Positions 18,434-28,548 of a stretch of 64,000 nt of DNA are shown here, piece by piece (the first letter of the stretch is position 1; the number at the start of each line of letters is the position of its first letter). Source of the stretch: Patescibacteria group bacterium (GTDB lineage Bacteria > Patescibacteriota > UBA1384 > UBA12157 > JAENIV01). A program made the position numbers and the translations under genes. The notes under the pieces were generated by a model. That model was not told the DNA's origin. It was given only the letters and a program-made list of their open reading frames with translations, and made no database searches. The DNA lies in the NCBI GenBank assembly GCA_023485405.1, contig JAMCZU010000032.1, positions 400-64,399 on the forward strand, written 5' to 3'.

Positions 18434-19218
18434 GTCTCAACAATATTTTTCATCAGACAGGCCACTGTCACCGGACCAACGCCACCAGGCACGGGTGAGT
18501 AAGCTTTGATTTTTAAGTAGACCTCGGAATCTACGTCGCCTACTATTTTACCCGCTGCTTCGGAGTTACCAGCATCAATAATAATAGTATCGGCTTTGAC
18601 CATTTCGGGCTTAATTAAAGATGGTACACCAGCAGCGGTGACAATAATATCTGCTTCTAAAGTTTTTGCTTTTAAATCAACTGTTTTTGAATCACAAACT
18701 ACCGGTTTTAAGCCTTGGCCTTGAAGTATTTTCTCTAAAGGTTGCCCCACTAATCGACCATGACCAATAATAACTATTTTTTTGCCCTTGATATTTATTT
18801 TATAAAACTTTAAAATTTCTAAAATCGCCTGAGCCGTTGGTGCCATAAAAGAGCCATAAAATCCATCAACATCTTTTTCTCCTTTAATTTGCTTTAAAAT
18901 TTTCTCTGTTTGAAATTCAGGAGGGAGTGGCAATTGAACGACAATACCACTGATATATTTGTTAACATTTAGCTCACGAATTAATTCGGTCACTTTTTTT
19001 TCTGGCGTAATTCCTGACAAATGAAAAAGCTGAAAACCAAGACCAAGACTTGCCGCTTTTTTTTCCTTAATTTTGATATAACTAACACTTGATGAATCTT
19101 CGCCCACTAAAATGACACCAAGAGTTGGCGCAGTTTTGAGATCTTTTTTAATTTGAAGATAAATATTTTCCGCCACCGGTTTACCAAATAGAATCATTTC
19201 AACCTCTTTACTCAGCAA
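18412..19218 (-). CDS. folD: bifunctional methylene-THF dehydrogenase/cyclohydrolase
   Basis: GKKIVIIGHGRLVGQPL Rossmann motif and DVDGF motif. Confidence 0.9.
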   Translation of the reverse strand: MLSKEVEMILFGKPVAENIYLQIKKDLKTAPTLGVILVGEDSSSVSYIKIKEKKAASLGLGFQLFHLSGITPEKKVTELIRELNVNKYISGIVVQLPLPPEFQTEKILKQIKGEKDVDGFYGSFMAPTAQAILEILKFYKINIKGKKIVIIGHGRLVGQPLEKILQGQGLKPVVCDSKTVDLKAKTLEADIIVTAAGVPSLIKPEMVKADTIIIDAGNSEAAGKIVGDVDSEVYLKIKAYSPVPGGVGPVTVACLMKNIVETTKMSTS

Positions 19219-20155
19219 AATTTTGCGTCACCATTTTGCCATAAACACCGATATCAATAATACCAACACCAATTCGGCCATATTTTGGATCTAAAATATT
19301 ATCACGATGTTTAGGTGAATTCATAAAACCAATTTCCGCCAATTCCTCAGTTGGTGCCAGCGCAATATTTTCGCCAGCCAACCAATAATTTACACCACCT
19401 TCAGTCATTCTATCAGCCGGTGTTTTACTGGCTAAATCAACATGAGAAAAATAACCATTTTTTGCCATATCAATTGAATGAAACCGAGCAACTGTCCGAA
19501 TCGTCAGATCTAATTTTAAAGGCGGAAGACCCACTTTCACCCTTTCATTATTAACCTGATTAATCATGATATTTTCTGAATTTTCATCAATCGTAAATTT
19601 TTCTATTTTAAAATCGAGCTTAATTGTTTCTTCGCTTTGAGAGACGGTGCCAAAAAAGTTTAAAGAGTTAACACCGTCAAAAACTTTTTCCATTTGATTT
19701 TCGGCTTTAGCTGATGATTTAATGAAAAAACCAGAAATAGGAGATTTGACTAAACTATCTTTAAACGCCGGTGAAACAGGTAAGACAAAACAAATCATTA
19801 AAATAATCGCGGCCACAACAATTCCTTTGACTAGACCGGGAATAATGCCAAAAAAACGATTAAATTTATTTTCACCAACCCATAGTGGCACAAAACGAAA
19901 AATCAAAAGAGTAATTAAGTAAAAAATAAGCTGAAATAAAATCCACAGAGTTAGAAAACCAATTGGTTTAGCTAAGTTAGGATTTTGCCCCCAATGAGTA
20001 AAAATTGCAGCTGCCGCGTCAAAATAGTGTAATGACAGAATAAAAGATATTACAATACCAATCAAATCAAGAGTTTGAGACAAAAAACCACGGCGAAACC
20101 CCATCCAACCGTGGAGTATAATAATTAGGATAATCAAGATTTCAATATAAATCAT
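19208..20155 (-). CDS. CvpA-family membrane domain fused to a C-terminal CAP/SCP (YkwD-like) domain
   Basis: four TM helices typical of CvpA; C-terminal ...GYFSHV...GENIA...SPKHRDNIL...GVG... CAP signature. Confidence 0.55.
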   Translation of the reverse strand: MIYIEILIILIIILHGWMGFRRGFLSQTLDLIGIVISFILSLHYFDAAAAIFTHWGQNPNLAKPIGFLTLWILFQLIFYLITLLIFRFVPLWVGENKFNRFFGIIPGLVKGIVVAAIILMICFVLPVSPAFKDSLVKSPISGFFIKSSAKAENQMEKVFDGVNSLNFFGTVSQSEETIKLDFKIEKFTIDENSENIMINQVNNERVKVGLPPLKLDLTIRTVARFHSIDMAKNGYFSHVDLASKTPADRMTEGGVNYWLAGENIALAPTEELAEIGFMNSPKHRDNILDPKYGRIGVGIIDIGVYGKMVTQNFAE

Positions 20156-20179
20156 AGACCCATCATAACAAATTTTTTA

Positions 20180-20584
20180 CTACTGTTTAACCTTCTTTTT
20201 GTAATCGGCAATTGCTTTGACAAGTGCTTCTTCAGCCAAAACCGAACAATGTTGTTTGACCGGCGGTAAACCATCTAAAGATTCGACAATTGTTTGATTG
20301 CTAATTTTTTTAAGCTCTTTTAAGTCTTTGCCCACAATCATATCAGTTAACATTGATGAAGTCGCAATGGCAGCCCCACAACCAAAGGTTTGAAATTTTG
20401 CTTCTTTGATATATTCTTTGCCCGCTTTTTTTTCAACTTTGATTTGAAGTTCCATTAGATCGCCGCAGACAGGATTACCAACTCGACCGCGACCAGATGG
20501 ATTTTTAATCGTCCCCATATTACGAGGATGCGAGAAATGCTCCATCACTTTTTTTGAATAAAGTGAAGATATATTTTTACTCAT
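20180..20584 (-). CDS. iscU: Fe-S cluster scaffold, NifU/IscU N-terminal-domain type
   Basis: three conserved Cys contexts GNPVCGD, FGCGAAIA, KQHCSVLAEEA. Confidence 0.85.
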   Translation of the reverse strand: MSKNISSLYSKKVMEHFSHPRNMGTIKNPSGRGRVGNPVCGDLMELQIKVEKKAGKEYIKEAKFQTFGCGAAIATSSMLTDMIVGKDLKELKKISNQTIVESLDGLPPVKQHCSVLAEEALVKAIADYKKKVKQ

Positions 20585-21783
20585 TTTACTCCTAAAGGAC
20601 TAATTTCCCTTAATCTTTTAATAATTGTTTTTAAATTTGTTATCGTATAATCAATTTCTTCTTTGGTCGTTTTTTCTCCCAAAGTAAAGCGAATTGAGCC
20701 ATGAGAGCGTTCGGCATTATTGTAAGTGGCCATTAAAACATGGGAAGGCTTGAGTGACAACGAAGTGCAAGCCGAACCCGAAGAGGCGGCGATACCAACT
20801 AAGTCTAAACTCAAAAGAATAGATTCACCCTCGACATATTTAAAATAAAAATTGGCATTGTTGGGACTACGAGACTGCCTTGAACCATTAAGCTCAACCT
20901 CGGAGATTTCTTTTAGAACACGATCAATAAAATAATCTCTTAACTTTAATGTTTTTTCGGCTCTTATTTCATATTTCTTATCTCTCAAAACTTCTGTGGC
21001 TTTACCCAAAGCTACAATCCCCGCCACATTTTCCGTCCCCGCACGCAAATTCATCTCTTGTTCACCACCAAAAATAATTTTTCGCAGTGGTACATCCTTT
21101 CGAAAATAAAGCGCGCCAATTCCTTTAGGTGCACCAATTTTATGCCCGGAAATTGTTAAAAGATCAACATGCAAGAAATCAACATTCATTGGCAAATATT
21201 CCGCTGCCTGAACCGCATCGGTATGGAAATAAATTTTGTTTTCTCTTTTCTCGTTTTCTTTCTCAATCATTTTACCAATTTCACGAATAGGTTGGATAAC
21301 ACCAATTTCATTATTAACATATATGACGGAGGCTAAAACTGTATTTTTTTTGACTGCTTTTTTAACTTGTTCTTTTGTAATAAGTCCTTCTTTATTGGGT
21401 TTTAAATAGGTTATTTCGGCCAAATTATTTTTTTCTAAATATTCGCAAGTTCTTAAAATCGCATAATGTTCAATTGCACTAGTGATAATATGTGGTTTAG
21501 AATTTGAAATTTGAAATTTGCCTTTAGCAGACCAATTTGAAATTCCTCGCACAGCAAGATTATCCGCTTCCGTTCCACCAGAGGTAAAAATAATTTCTTC
21601 TGGCTTACTATTTAAAAATTCTGCTACTTGAGTGCGTGCTTTTTCAACCGCTGTTCTAGCAACTTGACCCCAACTATGAATACTTGAAGGATTACCAAAA
21701 TTATTTTCCAAAAAAGGTAAGAGTGCTTTTTTAACCTCATTTTTCACCGGACTGGTAGCTGAATAATCAAGATAAACTTTCAT
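20581..21783 (-). CDS. iscS: cysteine desulfurase (NifS/IscS class V aminotransferase)
   Basis: PLP-Lys motif SGHKIGAPKGIGALY; catalytic Cys in SSGSACTS. Confidence 0.9.
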   Translation of the reverse strand: MKVYLDYSATSPVKNEVKKALLPFLENNFGNPSSIHSWGQVARTAVEKARTQVAEFLNSKPEEIIFTSGGTEADNLAVRGISNWSAKGKFQISNSKPHIITSAIEHYAILRTCEYLEKNNLAEITYLKPNKEGLITKEQVKKAVKKNTVLASVIYVNNEIGVIQPIREIGKMIEKENEKRENKIYFHTDAVQAAEYLPMNVDFLHVDLLTISGHKIGAPKGIGALYFRKDVPLRKIIFGGEQEMNLRAGTENVAGIVALGKATEVLRDKKYEIRAEKTLKLRDYFIDRVLKEISEVELNGSRQSRSPNNANFYFKYVEGESILLSLDLVGIAASSGSACTSLSLKPSHVLMATYNNAERSHGSIRFTLGEKTTKEEIDYTITNLKTIIKRLREISPLGVK

Positions 21784-21986
21784 TATTTCGCCTTCTTCGC
21801 AATTTTTCTTAAGTCTTCAACGCAACGCTTACATTCACCGCGCAAAGAAAGAAAATCATCGTATGACAAAAGGACGGCGACCGGTTTTGAATAGCGCATG
21901 ACTTCAAAAATTTCACCATTTTGAACTTTTTGAACGACTTCTGAAATATTAGATTGTAGCTCATTGATGTTAATAGTTTGATTCAT
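21783..21986 (-). CDS. Phd/YefM-family antitoxin-like small protein, start/stop-overlapped with iscS
   Basis: EVMRYSKPVAVLLSYDDFLSL matches Phd/YefM; ATGA overlap with the iscS start; no toxin partner follows. Confidence 0.5.
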   Translation of the reverse strand: MNQTININELQSNISEVVQKVQNGEIFEVMRYSKPVAVLLSYDDFLSLRGECKRCVEDLRKIAKKAK

Positions 21987-21994
21987 ATTTTCTC

Positions 21995-22060
21995 CCGGGT
22001 AGTAGAAATTTGATATTTTCTTCGAAAATGCTTTAGCATTATCAAATTTTCACTACCCGG
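21995..22060 (-). promoter_or_regulatory. 66-bp operator-like nested palindrome upstream of phd-iscS-iscU
   Basis: 21-bp arms ccgggtagtagaaatttgata / tatcaaattttcactacccgg enclosing the smaller palindromes tttcgaaa and atgctttagcat; minus-strand TTGACA-18-TATATT promoter ~35 nt upstream. Confidence 0.5.
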
Positions 22061-22096
22061 CTCCACATCTAATATATCATCATATATAACATCTTG

Positions 22097-22282
22097 TCAA
22101 TCACTCAAGGGAGTATTTTGAGAACTGGCTTTTTTAGCCGAATCAGAAAAACTTTTAACGATCCTTTCTACTTTCCAGTAAATAAGTCCTACAAGGCTAA
22201 TTACTACTATTAATATAATAGTAGTAATGATCAAGCCTAAGTATTTCTTCGCCGGCTGGCGAATTTTTTTTTCCTTCTTCAT
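22097..22282 (-). CDS. small single-TM protein, unknown
   Basis: 61 aa, basic N-terminus plus one TM. Confidence 0.3.
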   Translation of the reverse strand: MKKEKKIRQPAKKYLGLIITTIILIVVISLVGLIYWKVERIVKSFSDSAKKASSQNTPLSD

Positions 22283-22356
22283 TATGTTTTTATTGTATCA
22301 AAAAGAATTTATTAAATCTTAATTTACTGATATGATAATAACACCGAAAGGATAAA

Positions 22357-23268
22357 ATGCGTATTTCTTACTCGGCATACGATACTTTTAACCGCTGTCC
22401 CCTTCAATATAAGTTCTCTTATATTGAACAAATTGAACGCCCAGAAAAACCGGAACTTTTTTTTGGCAGTCTGATTCATAAAACTGTCCAGTTTGCCTTA
22501 AAAAAAGATCCTATTTTACCTAAAGAACAAGAATTGATGGATTTTCTTAAAATTAAGTGGCAACCAGAAATCTTTTCTTCTAAAAATGAATCCCAACAAT
22601 ATTTTGAATTCGGCAAAGAAATGATTCGAAAATTCTACGCTGATTGGCAACCGGGACTTAGAAATATTGTGGCGACTGAAAAATATTTTCAAGTTCCCCT
22701 ATCTTCTAAACATATTTTATCTGGTTTAATTGACCGAATCGATAAATTACCATATGGAGCTTTTGAGATCATTGATTATAAAACTAATAAGGCTCTTCCG
22801 ACCCAATTAGAAATAGATACTGACAAACAATTGGCTATCTATAATTTAGCGGTCCAAAGTTTGTGGCCAGAAGCCCAAGATGTGCGATTAACCCTTTATT
22901 TTTTAAAACATAATTTAAAAATTACCACCAAAAGACAACCTTACGAAATTGAACAAATCAAAACTGAAGTTATCAATATCGCTGATAAAATTGAAAACGA
23001 AAAAGAATTTGCTCCAAAAGCTAACAAGTTTTGTGATTGGTGTGATTTTAGACATCTTTGTCCTTTGCAAGAAGGGAAAGTTGAAAATAGAGAACAAAAT
23101 GATGATATTAATAAAATTATCGAAGAATATATTGAAGCCCAACAAAAAATCAAAGATTTAGAACCACAAATTCATCAACATTTTGATTTGGAAAAAATTG
23201 AAGAATTTTCAAATAAAGAAATTACAATCACTAGAGATAAAGATAAAAAAATAATAATTAAAAATTAG
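22357..23268 (+). CDS. PD-(D/E)XK nuclease with Cas4/RecB-like Fe-S Cys cluster
   Basis: N-terminal Cys (RCPLQY), PD-(D/E)XK core (DRID...EIIDYKT), C-terminal CDWCDFRHLCP cluster. Confidence 0.6.
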   Translation: MRISYSAYDTFNRCPLQYKFSYIEQIERPEKPELFFGSLIHKTVQFALKKDPILPKEQELMDFLKIKWQPEIFSSKNESQQYFEFGKEMIRKFYADWQPGLRNIVATEKYFQVPLSSKHILSGLIDRIDKLPYGAFEIIDYKTNKALPTQLEIDTDKQLAIYNLAVQSLWPEAQDVRLTLYFLKHNLKITTKRQPYEIEQIKTEVINIADKIENEKEFAPKANKFCDWCDFRHLCPLQEGKVENREQNDDINKIIEEYIEAQQKIKDLEPQIHQHFDLEKIEEFSNKEITITRDKDKKIIIKN

Positions 23269-24023
23269 ATCTTAAATAACTTCTCAGCATTTTTAGTAGT
23301 TTGTGTTTCTACTTTTTCTAAAGGAATTTTTTTTATTTCAGCGATTTTTTTTGCCACTTCTATTACATAAGTTGGTTCATTTCTTTTACCACGATAAGGT
23401 TCCGGCGTCATATAAGGACAATCGGTTTCAATTAAAATTCTTTCCAATGGTGTTTCTTTTAAAACCTCGATTGTTTTTTGATTTTTGCTAAAAGTAATCA
23501 GGCCGGTAAAAGAAAGATAAAAACCCATTTCTAATACTGCCTGAGCAAATTGCCAATCTTCTTGAAAACAATGCATCACGCCTGAAGGAATTGGACTTTC
23601 GGTCATTAAAATTGGTAAAATGTCTGCCGCTGCTTCTCTTGAATGCACAATAATTGGCTTAGAAACTACTTGGGCCAATTTGATTGATTTTATTAAAACT
23701 TCTTTTTGATTTAACAAGTTAGATTTATCGTAATAATAATCCAAGCCAATCTCGCCAATAGCCACAACTTTTTTATTTTTAGCTAATTTTTGAAAATTTT
23801 CTTCATCAAAAGCTTCATCTTTGACATGAATTGGATGCAAACCCACGGCCGCAAAAACACCCTCAAATTTTTCAGCAATTTCAATCGCTTTAAGTGAAGT
23901 TTTCAAATTCGAACTTGGAATAATAATTTTTTCAACTCCAGCAATTTTAGCTCTCTCAATTACCTGACCGTTGTCGAGCTCAAAAGCTTCGAAGTTTAAA
24001 TGAGCATGAGTATCAATAAACAT
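23265..24023 (-). CDS. tatD: TatD-family metal-dependent DNase/hydrolase
   Basis: MFIDTHAHLNF N-terminus and the conserved His/Glu/Asp ladder. Confidence 0.9.
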   Translation of the reverse strand: MFIDTHAHLNFEAFELDNGQVIERAKIAGVEKIIIPSSNLKTSLKAIEIAEKFEGVFAAVGLHPIHVKDEAFDEENFQKLAKNKKVVAIGEIGLDYYYDKSNLLNQKEVLIKSIKLAQVVSKPIIVHSREAAADILPILMTESPIPSGVMHCFQEDWQFAQAVLEMGFYLSFTGLITFSKNQKTIEVLKETPLERILIETDCPYMTPEPYRGKRNEPTYVIEVAKKIAEIKKIPLEKVETQTTKNAEKLFKI

Positions 24024-24860
24024 TTATTTTCCTACCAACGAAGCATAGACAATACAACCTAAAATTACAATAGCCGAGATAACAGTCCTCAACTTTAATT
24101 TTTCGTGCAAAAAAATGGTTGAACAAATATAAACTAGAATTGGCGATAAGATTAACACCAGTGAGGTATAAACCACCCCAAATTGTTCAAAACCATAAAA
24201 TTTGCTAATCATTTGTAGTGTTCCAAGTGAAGCACTCGCCAAAATTAAAGCCGAGTTTTTCCCGGCCACTTTTTTAATTTGCGGATGATAAAACAAAAAG
24301 AAAAAAATGAAAAGTATGCCTGTTCTAATACAATACAAAGCCACGGGCGAAAAAACTACTAACAAAATTTTAATTAGAATTAACTCCACTGACATAAAAA
24401 GTACGGCTAAAAGTAACTTGTAACCACCAAGTGTTATTTCTAGATGAGCTTTATTAAGATGAGCTACAATAAGAAAAATGGCCGCGATAATAGCAACGAT
24501 TTCAATTTGTAAATTTTGCTCACCTTTAAGAAAAATGGTAGCTAAAAGAATCGTCAGCAAGGGCTGAAACATCATAATCAATTCAAATTCATGAACTTTT
24601 TCCGACTGAACGCCTTGATAATAAAAAATATTCCAAACAGTGGCCGCTATTATCATTGCCAAAAATATTAATAAATAGCGAAGTGAAAAAACCTCAATGG
24701 AAATTTTACCCAAAAATGGGAAAAGCAGAGCCGTTAATAAAAAAAGAAATAAAAACAAAATTGGCACAAAAACATGAACCGAAACTTGCCGACGAGTCAG
24801 AGTGATTTTATCAACCAGAATACCTCCGACCTGAGCTAAAGCCGAAATAAAAGGAAACAT
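24024..24860 (-). CDS. polytopic membrane protein (DMT/EamA-like), unknown substrate
   Basis: ~10 predicted TM helices. Confidence 0.4.
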   Translation of the reverse strand: MFPFISALAQVGGILVDKITLTRRQVSVHVFVPILFLFLFLLTALLFPFLGKISIEVFSLRYLLIFLAMIIAATVWNIFYYQGVQSEKVHEFELIMMFQPLLTILLATIFLKGEQNLQIEIVAIIAAIFLIVAHLNKAHLEITLGGYKLLLAVLFMSVELILIKILLVVFSPVALYCIRTGILFIFFFLFYHPQIKKVAGKNSALILASASLGTLQMISKFYGFEQFGVVYTSLVLILSPILVYICSTIFLHEKLKLRTVISAIVILGCIVYASLVGK

Positions 24861-24880
24861 TAAAAAAACCTCCGGTTTTT

Positions 24881-25001
24881 AAATTTCTAAGCTCTAAATC
24901 CTAATTTCAAATAAAATTTCAAATGATTAAATGTCTAATTTAGATTTTGAAATTTGAATTTGGATATTTTATTTGGCATTAGTCATTAGGATTTTGGATT
25001 T
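24881..25001. repeat. AT-rich MITE-like element, copy C (~121 bp)
   Basis: aaatttctaagctctaaatcctaatttcaaataaaat ... cattagtcattaggattttggattt; abuts the metG stop. Confidence 0.7.
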
Positions 25002-26435
25002 TTATTTGTGTCTGGGAAATAAGTGGTCCGGTTTCATTGATTTAAGTTGATCAATAATTAACCACGAAGTTTCTGGTAAAAATGGATCAATTTGAAAAGC
25101 AATTTGCGAAATTGCTTCCAGTAATTGGCTGATTACTTTTTCAAGTTTTTGGGGATCTTTTTCAAAAAGCTCCCAGGGTTTTTCAGTATCAATTTTTTTA
25201 TTTGCCTCAACCACAATATCCCAAATTAAATCCAAAGCTTTATGAAATTCCAAATTTTCAATCGCGCGATCAATTTGGAAATAAGATTTTGTGATCGTTT
25301 TATATCGCCATGGAACTTTATAACGATTAGCCATCGTAATCACGCGCTGGACTAAATTACCTAAATCATTAGCTAGATCCGAACAATAACGTTTCTCAAA
25401 ACGATCAATCGTAAAATCACCATCTTGACCAAAAGGCATTTCGCGAAAAAGAAAATAACGCAAAGCGTCCACGCCATAAATACGAGAAATTTGGAGTGGA
25501 TCAATAATGTTACCACGGCTTTTTGAAATTTTTTCACCATCAACTGTCAAGAATCCATGAATAAAAATCTTACGCGGTAATTCTAATCCTGCCGCCATCA
25601 ACATTGCTGGCCAAATAATACAATGAAAACGAAAAATATCTTTACCAATTAATTGTAATGATGGTGGCCAATGACCACGTGCACCGGTGATATAATTTAA
25701 AAGGGCATCAACCCAAACATAAATAGTTTGTGTTTTATCCCAAGGTACTGATATGCCCCAACTGACTTTACTACGAGAAATGGCCAAATCTCGCAAAGGT
25801 TCTCTTTTTAAAAAACTTAGAATCTCATTTCTTCTTTCGATTGGTTCAATTTCAATTTTGTTTTTTTCAATTACATCAATAAGTTGATTTTGATATTTTG
25901 AAAGTTTGAAAAAATAAATATTTTCAAAAACACCTTCACATTTTTTTTTATGAATCAAACAAACATTATTCGGACCAAGCTCATTTTTTGTTTTATATTC
26001 CTCACAACCAACACAATACAAACCTTCGTAACGATCTTTGTAAATTTCGTCAAGATCGCACAATTTTTGAACAAAATCCTGAACATATTTTTCATGAGCA
26101 GGATCGGTTGTTCGAATAAAATTATCGTATCGAATCTCTAGTGCCGCCCAGGCTGCTTTGTAATGCAAAGAGACTTCATCAACAAATTCCTTCGGCTTCA
26201 TTCCTCTTTTTTCAGCTGCTTGTATTATTTTTTGACCATGTTCATCGGTTCCCGCCAAATAAAAAGTATCTCGACCACGCCGGCGCCAATAACGAGCTAA
26301 AATATCAGCGGCGATCATTTCGTAAGCATGGCCAATATGAGGAATATCGGAAACATAATGAATGGCGGTCGTAATAAAAAAAGTCTCTTTTTCTTGAGAT
26401 GATTTTTCTGTTTGTGGTGTTGAAATTTCTGCCAT
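25002..26435 (-). CDS. metG: methionyl-tRNA synthetase
   Basis: HIGH motif (HIGHAYEM), KMSKS (KISKSRGN), CxxC zinc knuckles. Confidence 0.95.
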   Translation of the reverse strand: MAEISTPQTEKSSQEKETFFITTAIHYVSDIPHIGHAYEMIAADILARYWRRRGRDTFYLAGTDEHGQKIIQAAEKRGMKPKEFVDEVSLHYKAAWAALEIRYDNFIRTTDPAHEKYVQDFVQKLCDLDEIYKDRYEGLYCVGCEEYKTKNELGPNNVCLIHKKKCEGVFENIYFFKLSKYQNQLIDVIEKNKIEIEPIERRNEILSFLKREPLRDLAISRSKVSWGISVPWDKTQTIYVWVDALLNYITGARGHWPPSLQLIGKDIFRFHCIIWPAMLMAAGLELPRKIFIHGFLTVDGEKISKSRGNIIDPLQISRIYGVDALRYFLFREMPFGQDGDFTIDRFEKRYCSDLANDLGNLVQRVITMANRYKVPWRYKTITKSYFQIDRAIENLEFHKALDLIWDIVVEANKKIDTEKPWELFEKDPQKLEKVISQLLEAISQIAFQIDPFLPETSWLIIDQLKSMKPDHLFPRHK

Positions 26436-26438
26436 AAT

Positions 26439-27092
26439 TTACCTATTGATTAAAATAACAAATTCACCTTGCGGTCTAATGTTTAATAAAACTTCTGAAA
26501 TTTTTCCACGATAAATTTCTTCAAATTTCTTAGTTAATTCGCGACCAATAACAACTGAGTGGTCTCCCAAGACTTCTTTTAATTCTTCTAGAGTTTTTAG
26601 AATTCGATTCGGTGACTCAAAAAAAACAATGGGAAAATCAAGTTTCGAAATATTCTTTAATAATGTTTGGCGCCCTTTTTTCTTAGGCAAAAATCCCAAA
26701 AATAAAAACCTGTCTAATGGTTTGTCAGTCATAGAAATTAAGGTTGTCAAAGACGACACGCCAGAAACCGGAACTATTTCTATCTTACTTTTTATCGCCA
26801 CTTCTATCAAGACGCCGGCTGGATCACTAATGCCCGGTGTGCCAGCATCAGTAACAAGGGCAATGTCCTTACCACTCTCCAATTCGGCAATTAAAAATTG
26901 AATTTTTTGCAACTGCGAATGCTGGTGAAAGGAAATTAATGTTTTTTGAATCTCAAAATGTTTTAAAAGAATACCCGTGTGCCGTGTGTCTTCACAAGCA
27001 ATTAAATCCACTTCCTTTAGAATTCGTAATGCCCGCAATGTAATATCTTCTAAATTACCAATCGGGGTGGCGACAACATAAAGAGTGCCCAT
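26439..27092 (-). CDS. rsmI: 16S rRNA (cytidine1402-2'-O)-methyltransferase
   Basis: LYVVATPIGNLEDITLRALRILKEVDLIACEDTR tetrapyrrole-methylase fold. Confidence 0.9.
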   Translation of the reverse strand: MGTLYVVATPIGNLEDITLRALRILKEVDLIACEDTRHTGILLKHFEIQKTLISFHQHSQLQKIQFLIAELESGKDIALVTDAGTPGISDPAGVLIEVAIKSKIEIVPVSGVSSLTTLISMTDKPLDRFLFLGFLPKKKGRQTLLKNISKLDFPIVFFESPNRILKTLEELKEVLGDHSVVIGRELTKKFEEIYRGKISEVLLNIRPQGEFVILINR

Positions 27093-27105
27093 TTAAATCC
27101 TTTCT

Positions 27106-28503
27106 TTAAAAAAACGAATAAATAGTCGCCAAGCCTACAATAACCATCACAATGGTCGCCACCCAACCCATAAAGGTGATAAAACGATGATTAGCGCGCG
27201 CACCCATCACTTTTTTATTACTCGAAATTAAGACAATTAAAATTAAAATAACTGGCGCCACCAAACCGTTAGCCACCGCCGCATAAATTAAAGCTTTAAT
27301 TGGATCTAAGCCAATGAAATTAACTGCCAAACCAATCAGCATTGAAAAAATAATCACGCCGTAAAAAGCCTTGGCTTGAGAAAACTTACGAAATAAACCT
27401 TCTTTCCAACCAAAAGATTCGCTCACGGCGTATGAGGCCGCGCCAGCTAAAACTGGTATTCCCAAAAGACCAACACTGAAAATTCCAATCGCAAAGAGTA
27501 AATAAGCGTAATTTCCAGCCAATGGTTTAAGAGCAATAGCCGCATCCGAAGCCGAATTAATATTAGTAATGCCATTTGGAAATAATACAGCTCCACAAAC
27601 TGCAATAATAAAGAACATTGCTAAATTAGAAAAAAACATTCCCACCCACACATCAATCCGCATTTTTTTTATTGCCTTATCAGTTACCCCGTCTTCCATT
27701 TCTTTCTGTGATTTACCGTCAGCAATTTGTTCTTCAATCTCTTGAGAGGTTTCCCAAAAAAATAAATAAGGCGAGATGGTGGTACCAAAAATACCACAGA
27801 TTAAAATAATTTGCTCTTTGTTAAAAGAAATTTTCGGAATTAACCCATTTTTCAGCACTTGAAACCACGGAAAGTCTTTGATCACAAAAGCAGTTACCAC
27901 ATAAACACCTAAAAGAACGGCTAAATATTTCAGATACCGAGCATATTTTTCATATGAAATAAAAATCTGCAAAGATAAACAAAAAATCGTAAAAAAGATC
28001 ACTAAAATCGTAAATGACGCATTTGGCCAAAAGAGTTGACTTGCTTTAGCCAGAGCACCTAAATCGGCACCAATATTAAAAGAGTTGGCAAGCAGGACTA
28101 AAATTGCCACCAAATAAAGGACCGGCCGCGGAAAATATTGTCGAATATTATGAGCTAAACCTCGACCAGTATGCAAACCAATCCGAGCGCACATTTCTTG
28201 AACGATCGCCATTAAAGGAAAAGAGAAAGCGGCTAACCAAAGAAGTTGAAAACCATATTTTGCACCAGTTTGTGAGTAAGTCACAATTCCTGATGGATCA
28301 TCATCAGCCGAACCGGTCGTGAGTCCTGGTCCTAAACCACGCCAAAAATTTTTTGCTTGTCTTACTGGCGGCACTTCTGAAACTTTATAAGCAGCATCTT
28401 CAACTGCTTTGACACCTTCCTTACTTTCTCTTTCTACCTTAACTAAAATATCTTCGGCTTTTTGAAAAGTTTTATCTTTTTCTTGATTGTTATTTTTATT
28501 CAT
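27106..28503 (-). CDS. mntH: NRAMP-family divalent metal transporter
   Basis: GPGLTTGSADDDPSGIVTYSQTGAKYGF Nramp consensus; 11-12 TM helices. Confidence 0.85.
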   Translation of the reverse strand: MNKNNNQEKDKTFQKAEDILVKVERESKEGVKAVEDAAYKVSEVPPVRQAKNFWRGLGPGLTTGSADDDPSGIVTYSQTGAKYGFQLLWLAAFSFPLMAIVQEMCARIGLHTGRGLAHNIRQYFPRPVLYLVAILVLLANSFNIGADLGALAKASQLFWPNASFTILVIFFTIFCLSLQIFISYEKYARYLKYLAVLLGVYVVTAFVIKDFPWFQVLKNGLIPKISFNKEQIILICGIFGTTISPYLFFWETSQEIEEQIADGKSQKEMEDGVTDKAIKKMRIDVWVGMFFSNLAMFFIIAVCGAVLFPNGITNINSASDAAIALKPLAGNYAYLLFAIGIFSVGLLGIPVLAGAASYAVSESFGWKEGLFRKFSQAKAFYGVIIFSMLIGLAVNFIGLDPIKALIYAAVANGLVAPVILILIVLISSNKKVMGARANHRFITFMGWVATIVMVIVGLATIYSFF

Positions 28504-28548
28504 CTATTACAGTATAAATAAAAAAATCCAAAATCCAAAATCCAAATT

